A stretch of 32,056 bases of DNA. It comes from Syncephalis fuscata S228 (Eukaryota > Fungi > Zoopagomycota). The notes under the pieces are model-generated. The model saw only the letters and a program-made list of their open reading frames with translations, was not told where the DNA came from and ran no database searches. Both the position numbers and the translations under genes were made by a program. This document shows, piece after piece, positions 8,763-21,631 of this stretch. Numbering within the stretch: the stretch's first letter is position 1; the number at the start of each line of letters is the position of its first letter. The stretch is taken from NCBI GenBank assembly GCA_025786725.1, contig JAHLTZ010000082.1:1-32056 (forward strand), given 5' to 3'.

Positions 8763-11700
8763 TTATTCGTCGCTACCATCTTCCTCTTCGTCGCTATCGA
8801 ATATAATATCGACTTGTCCATCAACTGCAGTATCGATTATAAAAAAATCTATCAATTGGACTTCATTAATCGGCCCAAGTCGATGATCTTGAGCAATTGG
8901 TTTAATCACAGTATCGGATGGCACAGGCGGTGTAAGTAGCAATTTGACAACTCTGTAATGAAATACTAGATCAGTGAATGTAATAAAAATGAAACTGCTG
9001 ACTTACTTTTCATTTGAAATAAATCCCTTAAAGTACTTGTTATAAACATGCTTTAAATCGTCCATCTTTACTAAAGCCAAACGATTAACAAAATATTGCT
9101 CCTGCTCTTGTGGACTGGTAAAGCCCTGTAAATTTAGCAATTAGTAAAGCATCAAACAAATATAGACTAGTGCTTACTCTAAACGCATTATTAAGTGCGG
9201 CATTAATCACGCCACCACAGGTTGATCGCTTCGAAAACCATGCATACGCCACAGTAGATCGAGCCGCCTCCAGTGCATGAATATCACATACACTATCCCA
9301 ATGAGTGTCCAGCTTTTCAAGCAGTTGCCAAAAAGCATTTAGTGCTTGGGCCGGATCTTGTGCTCTGGATACGGAATACACCAATTGGCCATGCCATGGG
9401 TGAAGACTAACATCGGCGCCATAAGCATATCCTTTACCGCGTACAGCTTCGTAGATAGGCCCGTCAGCACGAGAAAGCAGCTCACAAAAAACGTTTATAG
9501 CAAAATAGTCAACATGACGTGCGTCTTGCAAATCGTTCACCGGTGCAAGTACATCACAGGGAAGTATGCATGATAAATAGGACGCGGACAATGCTGGTAA
9601 TGAAACAATGAGCAAACCTCCCGGTATAGCTAATTGTACATCGGTATCTACTTGGTAAGGTGAACGTGGCATTGGAAATGGTCCTTGATTATCACTAAAT
9701 GATACGTTGGTTGCTTGTTCCGATGATGGCGCTATTTTGTCCCAACTTGTAAAAAACTTTTGGTAAAGCTCATCATGGCTGGTTTCTGATGGTGTTGCAA
9801 TTTGTAGAAATCCTCCTAGTTCAGACCGACTATCCTTCAAACTGTCGCTATAATGCGTTGTTAGCAAATAAAGTCTAATGCTGTCCAATGCCGTTACAAT
9901 CTCATCGATTCCTTCCGGTGTCTTTAAACGACCAAGTACGCCTTTAAGAAAAGCTCTTTGACGAAACAGACTAATACAAATGTCATTCTGGTTCGTGGTA
10001 ATGCTCTTTTCTCCATATTGATTACCCGGTGCTGCTGATGTTGCTGAATTGGATACTTTTGTCATGGTAGTACGTGCCATAATCGCTTGCATCATATTAG
10101 ATCCTTCTCGTTGCAATTCACTAATGTCGCTTAATAAATTACGCGCAATGGCACCAATACGTTCTGCATCAAATACCACACCAGCTAATGCGCCCAGTAA
10201 CCAGCCCAGCATTTTGTTGTAGTTTTGAGGTGCACAGCTACCAGTTACTACTAAATAATCTGATAGCCATGTTGTGCCAATTAACTGGTTTCCGTAGCCC
10301 ACAGAAGCATCATGTGATACTAAATCGCGTGCCATGCCTGTTGCAACCTCACGATAATCCACAAGCTTGCTATCATCGACGGATACATCGATACCCGACA
10401 TAACATCGTGAATTTTTACCGACGATTCAAACAACAACGACTGGAATAGTAAAAGCCATGGCCGTAAATGATGAGGCAGTACGGCGACTGGGAAGCCAAT
10501 ACTTAAGTGAATAAATAGCGTGCTTGTTGAGACAAGTTGCATAGAGGCAAATGGTCTGGATGTAGCACTCATTTGGCTAATCTGCGCTGTTGACTCCAAT
10601 TGCGGAACGTGAGCCACCAGTGGTGGTGGTGGCATTTTAGCAATCAGTTCTGAAGGTACATTGACTTGGTTTGCTTTGGTGGCGCGCTCTACCGTAGCTG
10701 CCAGTTGGGCTAAGCCTTCATCGCCTAATTGATTTCTTTTTTCTTGTTCTTGTTGTAAAGACGTTTTTTCAAGCGTTTCGGCTAGTTTAGCATCCGGTAT
10801 CATAATTACCTAATTTTGATTTAGATAGATAATAGATACTATTAAACGTGACTTACCTCAACCATTGGTGCATCAATTAGCCAACGTTTTAGTAGTGTCT
10901 TCCAATAAATTTCGTCTTCGTTTGTTAGCTCGTCTATAATATTGAATACATTTGCCTGTGACCCAATCTTTGGAATATCAATGGTATTTTCATGATTTAA
11001 AAACGTTTGGGCCACTACGTCTTGTATCGTCCACTCCATTAATACTTCATGAGGCGAATACTCCATTTCCTCGCACAGCTTCTTTCGATGTCGCTCTATT
11101 GTGTCAGATATCTTTTGCTGACCAGTAAATCCTTCCTTTGCCACCTGACACAGTACTTGTTTGAATGCTTCATAAAACACACCATGTTCCAATAGCTTAG
11201 GTGGTGGCGTGTAGTCCTTTTCATCATTACTATCACTATTCGTTTCTTCACCAATCTCCAATTCGTATGGAATACCACTAAATCCAATAACAAAATAGGG
11301 ACGTGCATAACAATACAAGTGTGACCAAATGAAAGACGCCCATGGGCGTTCTTGCTCGGTGAATCGTTGTCGAAGAGGAGCCGCTGCTATATCTTCTAAG
11401 TAGCGAAACAATATTTGCAATGCCATACAAGTCTTTGCATCCGATAATGAAGGACCATGCCAACCTGAATTGATATTATTAACATTATTATTATTATTAC
11501 TACTATTGCTAAATAAAACATACCATACGCAATGTCTCCAACATCTTCCTCCACAGAAGCAAATTTTACAGCTTGTGACGTAATATCCTTAGTCAGAGTT
11601 TGATATTCTGCACAAAAGACAGGGGGTTGGCTTATAGCTTTCTTTGTACCTTGATTAATCGTGTCGAGTATAATGTCGATTTCGGTTAATATTGAGCTGT

Positions 11701-12471
11701 CTAGATTTGCTCCAGCCAAAATTAATGTAAGCTGACCCGGTTGGTAGTAGCGCTGATGATATTCTTTGATTTGTTCATTGTTCAAACGCATGATGTCCTG
11801 AGTGAGGCCACCGCATTCATAATAATATGTCGAATTGTCAGAATAAAGCTGCTGACGCATGGCTCGATCCATCTGCATTTATGATCAGTTACTGATGTTC
11901 AATAATGTCCATGTGCTTACCAAATCGGCAGATGTATTTTCTCGATCTGCCATTTCACTATAAACGACGCCCTGTCGTTTAGCTTGACCATCCCAGTGAA
12001 ATACCTCTGTGACAAATTGATCATCCCGTAGCGTAGGAGACAGCACGTGTTGCAGATAGACGGGTAGCACGTTCCGCATGCCCTCAACGCCCGCCGTGTC
12101 CAGCGTATACGCGGTATACGCTTCGGTGGTGTAAGCATTGGTACCAGAAGATAACGAGCGACACGCTAATGTATCTAGGTAGCCACGTTGTGGATATTCT
12201 TTAGAACCACAAAATATTACTATTAATATCGCAAAAATGTAAGTTTGTTAGGTTGACTGGTTATGTTTATAAACATACAGTGCTCTAGCGTATGCGGTAG
12301 ACCGCTATCACTTTTGTTGCCGGTCGGGACTACAATAGTAAGATAACATAGTGGACCTGGAACATTCAACAGAACGACGCGTAATTCCGTGCCATTGTGT
12401 TTATATACAGTGGTGGGATAGTTTATAGCTGGGCTATAATATTCCAGTTCTTCAGTAACAGTGAACGTCAT
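8763..12471 (-). CDS. M16 family (insulinase-like) zinc metallopeptidase, multi-exon, resembling the yeast YOL098C/SDD3-type group
   Basis: Inverted Zn motif DSGLPHTLEH|LIFCGSKEYP (intron 12220-12278), GTNAYT, GVVYSEM, YYYECGGL, VRGKGYAYGA; acidic C-terminus DSDEEEDGSDE* ending at 8763. Confidence 0.9.
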
Positions 12472-12589
12472 TTTGAATAAAGCAAGAAAGGGGTATTTTT
12501 CTTCTATTAACGAAATATCGATTAATCTTTTTGCAAACACGTTAATACTGCCATTAACTACACTTTGCATTAAATGGCATTACTATACT

Positions 12590-12780
12590 TAGTAATTATA
12601 AATTATCTATTTTTCCCACACTAAATAACTGTAAATGCGCACTTTTTTAACCATTTTCTAACCATTATTCTCCACTTGCGCGGGAGATAACTATATAACT
12701 GAATAGTTTTTATTCTCAATAAGAAATTTTAAATTCTTTTAACGCATATTGTTAAACATTGATATATGTTTATAATTGTT
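12590..12780 (+). repeat. Diverged dispersed non-coding repeat, copy 1 (copy 2 at about 21238-21420)
   Basis: Collinear shared blocks: taaattatctat.ttt...acactaaataa.tgta ... caataa.aa ... taac..atattgtta.a.att.a.atatgtttata. Confidence 0.7.
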
Positions 12781-14185
12781 GCTCTATTTTGTTGTTGCTT
12801 TCTAATTTACTACAAAGATAAAAACAGATACTATTTAAATTATACGTTTATTCATTGTTGTTACTGTAATTTTGCAATTCTTGCCATCAATTATAGGGTT
12901 AATAACTTATATAGTTATTTTATAGCAATTAGTTATACGATAATAATTTAATTTTTTAGAACTTTTTATAATAATTCAACGTGCTTTTAAACTGAATTTT
13001 ACTTTGCGCCTTTTGTTTTGAATCCCTAAGTAAAATTTGTTTTAATTGAAGTTATGCTGTCATGCACAACATACTTACATTGTTTTTATTAAAATATTGT
13101 TAATAAGTTTATTTAAATAAATAATGTAACATACTATTTGATTTTATTGAAACATTTGAGACCAATTATTATTGTTGTTGTTGACCATGTGTAAAAAGAT
13201 TGATTGAATATTAATAGAAGTCATATGATTGCGATCCCATATCGTTCCGTATTAATTGTTGTTACATCTATCTACAACATGGATTATTGCATCTGAATAA
13301 TCTTTTCTATTTTCTAATATTCTACTATTGCATTTTAGGCATATTTGTGCTGTAAGATCAAGATTAATATAATTATTATAAAAGTCGTTTGTTAAACAGC
13401 CACTTTTTTATAGTCAGTCTGACTAAATAAATGACATTTTGAACAATTAATAGCATAATGACAATATATATATATTAAAGCAATAATAAAGATAGCTAAT
13501 TAACTACATTATTGTATTGATAATTACACATGAATTAATTAATGTTGGATGCAGTAATATACATGTTATAATGATGAATGGGTGTTTAATTGCATTTAAG
13601 TGTTAAGGTGTGAAATAAGTAAATAAAAATATAGGAGTTAAAGTAAAATAGTTTACTAATATTAAATAATATATTAGTAGACTTATGTGATTCAGTGTCA
13701 AAAGATCAAAATTAGCATCCTTTACTTGATTGAACTACACATTTTTTGTTCTACTAAACATGGAACTGGATGGTGAGTTATATTAAATATCAAACTATAA
13801 CACTTTAAATACTTTACAGCAACAATAACGTAAATTAAAATTTATTTATTTATTATATTTTATTATAAGTAACATGAAATACTATTTAATATCTATTTTG
13901 ATATTGAAAATAGTGCAGATTAATTAATATTAATGGATTCAATCGGAGTTGATGTGGCACTGCTTCAACAAACCACTTCAGTAGTAAAAGCTGATTGACG
14001 ATTTATTATTCGAGTTATAGATCCTTTTTGTCCTTCAGTTTAAGGATAAAACTTAAAGTGTAATAGCTCCATATTTATAAATAAAATAATGGCTAAATAT
14101 GATTATTAAAAATGTTGTATAATTTAATGTAAAAGAATAACAAGTACTTTATAGCTATTTAAATGTAATGATCAAGTATATACAC

Positions 14186-14227
<42 letters not shown>
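14186..14227. repeat. (AAT)14 microsatellite
   Basis: Perfect trinucleotide run downstream of the APC2 stop. Confidence 0.95.
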
Positions 14228-14228
<1 letters not shown>

Positions 14229-14325
14229 GACTTGTCGATAATATTAGTTATGATATAGTGCAACCATTTGTATTCAACATAATGGCAACCAACTAATTGC
14301 CAATAACTACTTATGACTAAACTAA

Positions 14326-17300
14326 CTATGATTTTAGTCGGTATTGACCACCGACCCATAGCAGCTTCTCCTCTGTAACCATACTATCTAGCATGTCGCG
14401 TAGTTCACTCGAACTTTTTGTAAACTTGATTGGCCCTTGTAGAAACATCGTCAGCGTAGTATGAATACGCTCCAAAGGCTGTGGACCCATGCTGGAAAGC
14501 ATATTCTTAATAATGTTCCAGTAAAGCTTCGCTTCTTCTTCGGATAGTCCCAAAGCAGCAGCTGCACTGGAAGTCGATGTGCTTGCTGCGCCGTCTCCGC
14601 TCGTTTCGTCAGCCAACATAGCACCTAGCAATGCAAGATAGCACAATAGGGTTGCTATGCGTTAGCTTTGTAATACAATATCTATAAGCAATGCTCTTAC
14701 CTTGCGCGTCTTCATGTTCCTCCAGCGAGGATTGAATCGTAAATCGACCGATACTTTGCTCCTTAAGAATGCCATGGCTACACCAAAAATATAAACGCCG
14801 TCGTAGTTGCGGTGATGGCATTTGTAGTGTATCAGATAACTCGGATATATCCCAAGTATCTATAGCATAAATATAGTTATTAATTAACCTACTAATGAGA
14901 AAAATAAACTTACCGTGATCGTCAAATGCCATAATGACTGTGGCATGAGGTGGTGAAACATGGAATTCAACTTTACGCTCATCAAATTCAAGTTCCAAAT
15001 GAACACTGCCCACTTGTGGTACCCATTCAAGTTTGCGTCGTGGTTTATAACCGGTAAATGCATCGCTAGATGCTGTGCATAGCCTTATTATTATTATTAT
15101 TATTATTAAAAATTAGTTGCTTGTATTGTTGATATAGCTCAAATATACTTACTCATCAATTACATCAGGCAAATTAAATGTTTCTGATTTAAATTCTGGC
15201 CATGAAAGACGCGAAAGAACAATTGGCCGTAGTAAAGTTGATTCCTATGGCAAATAAAAACAATTATACAATCTTCCATCAATATAACCTTTTCCAAATC
15301 ATTATTACTTACATCATCATTTGGAATAATTTGATCTTGGTGTAAGTATTGTTCAAATCGTTTACTATCGGCAAAATCCTTAATCATCACTTCGCAGGAC
15401 TGCAAATTCGTTTCACCAAAACGTAGTTTTAACATCTCCAAATTACGGATCTAATTATAGTCAATCAATAGTCCATTTACATCTTGATACCATTCAATTT
15501 TAATACTCTACCTCTTTTTCCGTATCATAGTCGTCAATAGCCAAAAGACGCTCGGCAAACATCGCTTGGAATGCTTTTACAAATACATCACGCGTCTTGT
15601 ATATACTAATCAACATACTGATAGCATCGGCATTACGGCGATGAAGTGTATCCAATCCTGTTGCAATGTTTAAAAGATCATGTCGGATGGTTAGTATTAA
15701 GTAGCACTTTGCTATACCGTTATACTCACGAGGTCCAGCATCAATGGGGATCGGTTCCCAATCAGCATCATCGCCATCTTCATCTTCTGAATCGGATGTA
15801 TAGCCACCTTGCATAGCATCACCAGCCGTTAATTCCTCGATCAGATCTGACCTTGACTCGTTCATTAAATCCTCAGCAATACATCGAATGGTATCGTCTC
15901 GCTGACTATAGTAAATGAATTGGCATTTGTTTTATAATTACTAATAGTCTTACCGAAGATAATTACGCACTGGATCAGCCACTCGTTCTAACAAAGTACC
16001 GGGTGGATCAATAAAGCGAAGACATCGAATCATTGACACATAATGCATAAGAATGTCCGAAGTATCTGCGCCAGGGTGTAAAAGACGCTTTTCAAGTCTA
16101 ATTTTGTCTCGCTGTTTAACTATTGAATTCATAATAGCTAAATATACTTACGAAATTGACAAAGCTGCCACTAATTGATCTCGTTGACGTGGTGTTTTTA
16201 AACAAATCTATTTAAATTAAATATATCAATTGTCAAAGTGTTTAATCACTTTCTCAACTACCTTTAAATCTTCTAATGCACCTTTACAAGCTGGATATTC
16301 AACAATAATATTAAATAGCTCAGAAATCCTTAATGATTTGTTAATGATAGATTATTATTATCATTAGCATTACTATCATTATTATCATTATTACATATTT
16401 AAACCTACCGAATGTTTGCCAAACTACGCGAAAGATGAATGGCCAATGTATCGCGCCAAGTAAAAAATGAACTATTTTCACGCATTCCTATTCAAATACA
16501 TTAACAGCTATATCCGCTATGACTATTTACTTACCATAGTAAAATAAATAGTAAATCCAAGGCAATAGCACATGATCTAGCCAATAATTGCACTGAGAAT
16601 AGACCGATGTATCAAAAGAGCCACGCGTCATTGAATAGACCAAATACTCCATAGCTTGGGTTGATACTTTAATAACAATTTGACGCAGCCATTGGCCATC
16701 TACCACGGTCAACTGTTCACGTATTTGACGCATCTCTTTCAGTGCTTCTATTTGTTGAGATCGTTCTTCAGAGTGTGTACGATAAATAGAAGCATCATGA
16801 GATACTGATTGCAACTCATTAGAGATTTTATCTAATGCAGATATTAACTCTGTAGGTTGGGTAACTTTTGGTAATGGTAAATGATCTATGTCACGCTGTA
16901 TATCTTCAAATGTTTGTAACAGATTACGCGAGTAATAAAATGCCATGGGCCATAGACTACTTGGTAAAAGTGTTTTAATAACTCCCCGTACTCTACTCAT
17001 AAATTGGTCATGCTGTGACGATCTATACATTGTCAGTCATTATCATTAGCAGTTGGTAGTTATCATATTCATTTATATAGTTACTCTAGAAATAACGATG
17101 CTCGCCTGTCAATTCGATTAACCGCTGCCAAAATCAATCGATTCAGATGAAGAAACGTTTCGGATATCCATGAAAGTAGTTCTGGCTGTTCCCATAGCTC
17201 ATTACCCTCCGTATCTATGGTAATACGCTCCTAGTTGATGCTATTTAGACTAAATTCTATATAAGCAGTATATCCTACCCAATATTGTTGATCAGCTAAA

Positions 17301-17720
17301 GCAATTTCTTGAGACAAACTACTGACAAGTTGTTGCTGCGCCACCTCTAGTCAATTGGTTATCAATTTATTAATAGCTGTATAATGGTACTTGTTAATAG
17401 ATACTTGCCTGTTAAATAGTCAAGAAACTGTGTCCAAAGATTAAGCTGCCGTATACTAGTACGTAGCGAGTTCGCTTGAGCCTTTGCTAGCACTACAAAC
17501 ATACGAACATCAGTAAAAGTATTCGATAATCAATACAGCCAGAATCCACCTTCGTTCGATTGAAGAAGACGCGGTATATTCTCCCATAGCTTAATAGTAT
17601 TCATTAGCTGTCGTCAATATTTATTAGATTACTTACTTGAGAGATCTCTATAATGCTACTCTCCTCTAAAGTGGCCGAACTAGGCTGTTTTTGTCTAGAA
17701 TTATGTGTTCTATTCGTCAT
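14326..17720 (-). CDS. APC2: Anaphase-promoting complex subunit 2 (cullin-like), multi-exon
   Basis: RLLHPGADTSDILMHYVSMIRCLRFIDPPG, YLRQRDDTIRCI, WEPIPIDAGP, LKLRFGETNLQSCEVMIKD, RKLEWVPQVGSVHLELEF and C-terminal winged helix YWNIIKNMLSSMGPQPLERIHTTLTMF. Likely ATG at 17720. Confidence 0.95.
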
Positions 17721-17883
17721 ATTCAAAAAGTGCAATACGCGCAATAAAACAATGACGACAACAGAATTGGGCAGACGTGCCTTTTACTTTTGCATTCCTT
17801 AAGATTCCATACTTTTGTTACTTCTTTATTAACTACTTTTTATTGGCCATAACAATTACGACTTTCTTGGAAATAAGAGCAAT
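17721..17883. promoter_or_regulatory. Putative bidirectional promoter between APC2 and securin-like gene
   Basis: 163 bp between divergent ATGs; contains ACGCGC (CGCG core) near 17737 and pyrimidine-rich tracts. Confidence 0.55.
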
Positions 17884-19211
17884 ATGCATCGACGACAAAA
17901 ACCGCAGGAAGGCGTCTTGATTGACCAGGAGAATGCAGGCATGCTAGGCCGAACACCGGGCGTGTCTCGTGGTATTCTATCAGCCAAAATGGATTCCAAT
18001 TCACTGGCATTTAAAACACCAAATCCTCGCCTGGGTACGTTGCTTTGTATAACCTAACTATGCGGTGCTTGATACCGTATACTAACGATGTAGCGGTGTA
18101 GCTGACACCAAGGCAATGAATACAGCAATGGCAGCACCAATCAATAAACGGCGTCTACTAGGTGATATTACCAATGCAACACCTTATGTTCAAACAGTCG
18201 AGAAATCAAGCCATTTACCATCGGCACGGTCTCAAGTAAATATGCGTAGGCAAAGTGGACAGTATTTACCAAATACCAGATCTACAACAACACCCACTGC
18301 AACATCCACCATGTCTACTGTAACAATTGTAGATACGACAATTGACGAGAACATTGAGTACATGCCACCACGATCATCAGGTGATTAAATATAATTACTT
18401 TACTTTGATATTTATAGTTGCTATTTAATTAATTAGAATTACCATTCAAAGCGGAACTACCTCTTAATTGGCATCGGTTGATTGGTCCTGATAATCCACA
18501 AAGCTGCCATTTCCGCCGTGATAACAATAGTAGTAGTATGCCACTTAATGATTGGTCATTGAGTCGAGTGCCAGAAACATTACGGACACCATTTAGACCA
18601 AAAGATAGTAAGTAATTCAATGGATTAAAACATACACTATAACTTTACAATCAATAGAAGGTTTATTCTACCAAAATAACCGGCATTTGCTAGTTGATAT
18701 TGAGCCTCCAGTGATTAACGATGATGAATTGAGCCTTTCAAATTTGCTACATCCGATTGAATTTCCTATTCCTGACTCATACACAAAACGTCTTCTGCCG
18801 AGTACAGTCTACGCTGCTAACGATAGACGCAGTTCTTTTGGAAAGCCTCAAATTAACAATCAGCAGGCTGGTCGTAGTCGTGGGCATGGCTCTAGCTATT
18901 CAAATCAATCTGGCTATAGTCGTATAGCGTTTTCAGCAAGCAAACGATCCTCTCGGACTCAGCGTTTTCCCTCTCGCTTACCTGTGCTGTCTAAACTAAA
19001 GGCTCGCCACGATGTACAACCATCATTGTTGTATGATCATAAGCCTCATACTGGCTATCGTAGCACTACAACAACCGTAACATCATCCAATTATGATAAT
19101 CTAGACCACAGTAGTCGTTCGAGAATACCTCGATATCATAACCTGGCTGCCTCTGCATTGAATGCAATGCATTCGAAGGATACAACATCTAGCAAACGTT
19201 ATCAGCGATGA
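17884..19211 (+). CDS. Probable securin (Pds1/Cut2-like separase inhibitor); exons 17884-18034, 18102-18380, 18437-18607, 18658-19211 (384 aa)
   Basis: Low-complexity protein with N-terminal DQEN (KEN-like), FKTP, D-box RRLLGDITN (RxxLxxxxN), then DENIEYMPPRSSELPF, matching the fungal securin (D/E)IEYMPP...ELP separase-binding segment. Splice phases are consistent. Confidence 0.75.
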
Positions 19212-19357
19212 AATAGTAAATAGTTGCTTTCTGATTATAAATAATAAATATAGAGCATTGCTTTAAAATATATTGATTCAGCATTGTAAATAAGAAAACA
19301 AGAAATAGTTAAATAACACTCTTTATTATTTATCGCTAATAATAAATAAAAAAATAA

Positions 19358-20053
19358 CTAGAGATTGAATAGCATTGCACTAACTGCAACAAAGGCCGTC
19401 GAACCAATTATGGCTGAATTGGAGATATAGTAGGTGGGACTTGTAGATGATGATGAATATTTTTTGTCAGCTTCATCGCACATTTCCAGCGTGTTTTTAG
19501 CTTTTGCTGCTAATTCACTGGCAATATCATTGGCAAACGAGTTTGCTCTAATAGGCTTCCAAGTAAGCCTTGGTTCGAAGAGAGAACGTTCACAGGTTTG
19601 GCATGTCTTTATGTTGGAGTCATTATACGTCTTGTGGTTACAATACGTGCCATCGATTTCTTTTTTACAACCATAGTCTCTTATCAGTGGATAGACCAGC
19701 CAATCCGCATAAAAGTTCCAGATTTTTGTCTGTTTCTTCTCCAGCTCGCTTTTGCACGAGCTTTCGAGCGCATCAAGTGCTTTATTAACTTGAGTATCCG
19801 CACAACGATGACCAGGTGCGCCGTCACTTGGCGCCTCACATACGGATTTACTGGCGGCAGGCGTTGTGGCATTTAGTAGAGCTTTAAAACACTCTGGCTT
19901 TAAATCGGTGCTGCTCAGTGCTTTTTGACAGTTTTCTGAAATAGTCGAGGACTTGGATTTGGCAGGCACGGTACTATTGGTATTTGAAGCCTGCCCCATG
20001 GCTGCGCCTACAATAGCCAGGATCGGAATAAGTGTTTTCAATGAAAGAAACAT
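19358..20053 (-). CDS. Secreted, probably GPI-anchored Cys-rich protein of unknown function (231 aa)
   Basis: N-terminal signal peptide, 10 Cys, Ser-rich stretch then hydrophobic C-terminus (SNSAIIGSTAFVAVSAMLFNL); intronless ORF. Confidence 0.85.
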   Translation of the reverse strand: MFLSLKTLIPILAIVGAAMGQASNTNSTVPAKSKSSTISENCQKALSSTDLKPECFKALLNATTPAASKSVCEAPSDGAPGHRCADTQVNKALDALESSCKSELEKKQTKIWNFYADWLVYPLIRDYGCKKEIDGTYCNHKTYNDSNIKTCQTCERSLFEPRLTWKPIRANSFANDIASELAAKAKNTLEMCDEADKKYSSSSTSPTYYISNSAIIGSTAFVAVSAMLFNL

Positions 20054-21237
20054 GCTAAATAAAAAAATAAAAAATGCAATGATTTGAAAGGAAACTGGTA
20101 ATTTGCAAGTGCTATTTTACAAGCAAGTGTTATTTTGATGCAGGTTTAAATAGCTGAAGAGGTGCAACTCAATGTAATCTTTTTGGTAAGACAATATTAT
20201 AACTAGGTGAAGGTTGAATCAACTAAAGCATTGTCTAGAGTTGTAAACAAACTAAACTGTAGTCATCGGACACCTTTGCTGTTTGTCGAATATACATCTA
20301 GCCTGTATTATCTAGTAAAATATTACACCAACAATATTTAATGATTAAAGCTATGAATAAAATTACCGTTATAAATTGTTCTAAAAATACTACTGCTTTG
20401 TCTTAGTATCCAATATAATTGATCAGTGACTGATGGCTACAAGTAATTTTTAGACAAAAAAGTAATAAAATGTTACACACGCTTCTTTGTTCATTTCTAA
20501 TAATAAATGTAAATAGACTGTTAGAGCAATAACAAAAAAGTAAACAGCGTCACAGTAATTACAACAAAGAATTCTATGTCTTTGCTTAAATGACCATTTT
20601 TACAATAAGATAGACAACAAAGAAATCGATTGCTTGTTGCACAGAAATAATAAAGTGTTTAGTATATTTCGGCTTTTACAGATTGCTGTGTATTTTGAAT
20701 TTATATGTAGTATGCTTTGGATATTGTTTTTGCAAACGATTAATCTATTGATTTGATCAATGGTACTTATCTATATGTTATTCATGATATTTGAAGATTA
20801 TTAAGATATGATTATTAAATGTGACAATAAAAGTTATCCGGTTCCTTCATTATTTATTATAGCAGACACCATTGAACTGATTCCTATTGCAACTTTTTGG
20901 ATGTAAGAAGATAGCTATATGAACAGCATTACTTTTACTATTTATTAAAGTATAGCTAATATTATTTCTATTTATTTGTTTTATTGCTCTTATAATAATT
21001 AACCATTTGCTATTTTATAGCATTGCAACTATCACAGTTATTATTACTTGTTGTGCATGACAATAACATTGATTGTACTTAAATCACACAATAACAGATA
21101 CTAAATATTTAGTCTGCTGGTTATTTTAAGTCAGGACATGACTAAAGTTATTACTGCATGTTATTCTAAACTGCACCTTTTTATCTTCAAAATCAAACCA
21201 GATCTAAATTAGCTTAATAGCTGGTGTTTCCATATTA

Positions 21238-21420
21238 AATAACTGTAAATTATCTATCTTTCTACACTAAATAATTGTAGCTACATGCTTTTTACTATAT
21301 TTCATGCGCTATTTTTTGTATAAATGGAAATGGTTATATAAAAATGAGGGTTTATTAGCAATAAAAAGGATTAGAATTTTCTAACTTATATTGTTACATA
21401 TTTACATATGTTTATATTTC
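21238..21420 (+). repeat. Diverged dispersed non-coding repeat, copy 2
   Basis: Collinear similarity to 12590-12780. Confidence 0.7.
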
Positions 21421-21631
21421 TATCGACAACTCGATGTACTTTTATACTCCATTTATAAATAGGATACTAGTAATATCAATCTTTAATGGATTGATGCAGT
21501 CGTGTAACCGCCGTGTCTTAAACAGGTCAAAGATGTTCATGGCCATGCAGCGCCCTTTTCTTTCTACTTGTACCCACTATTGTTCCTCTTGTCTATTGCT
21601 TACCAATTCTAACATTTATTTCTAGCTAGTC

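Noticed and set aside
14159-14359. ORF with poly-Ile
   Set aside because: Translation of the (AAT)14 microsatellite in the APC2 3' region.
8763-17720. Fragmented ORFs of the M16 peptidase and APC2 as pseudogenes or multiple genes
   Set aside because: The breaks I checked coincide with short GT-AG introns and splice in frame; not every junction was verified.
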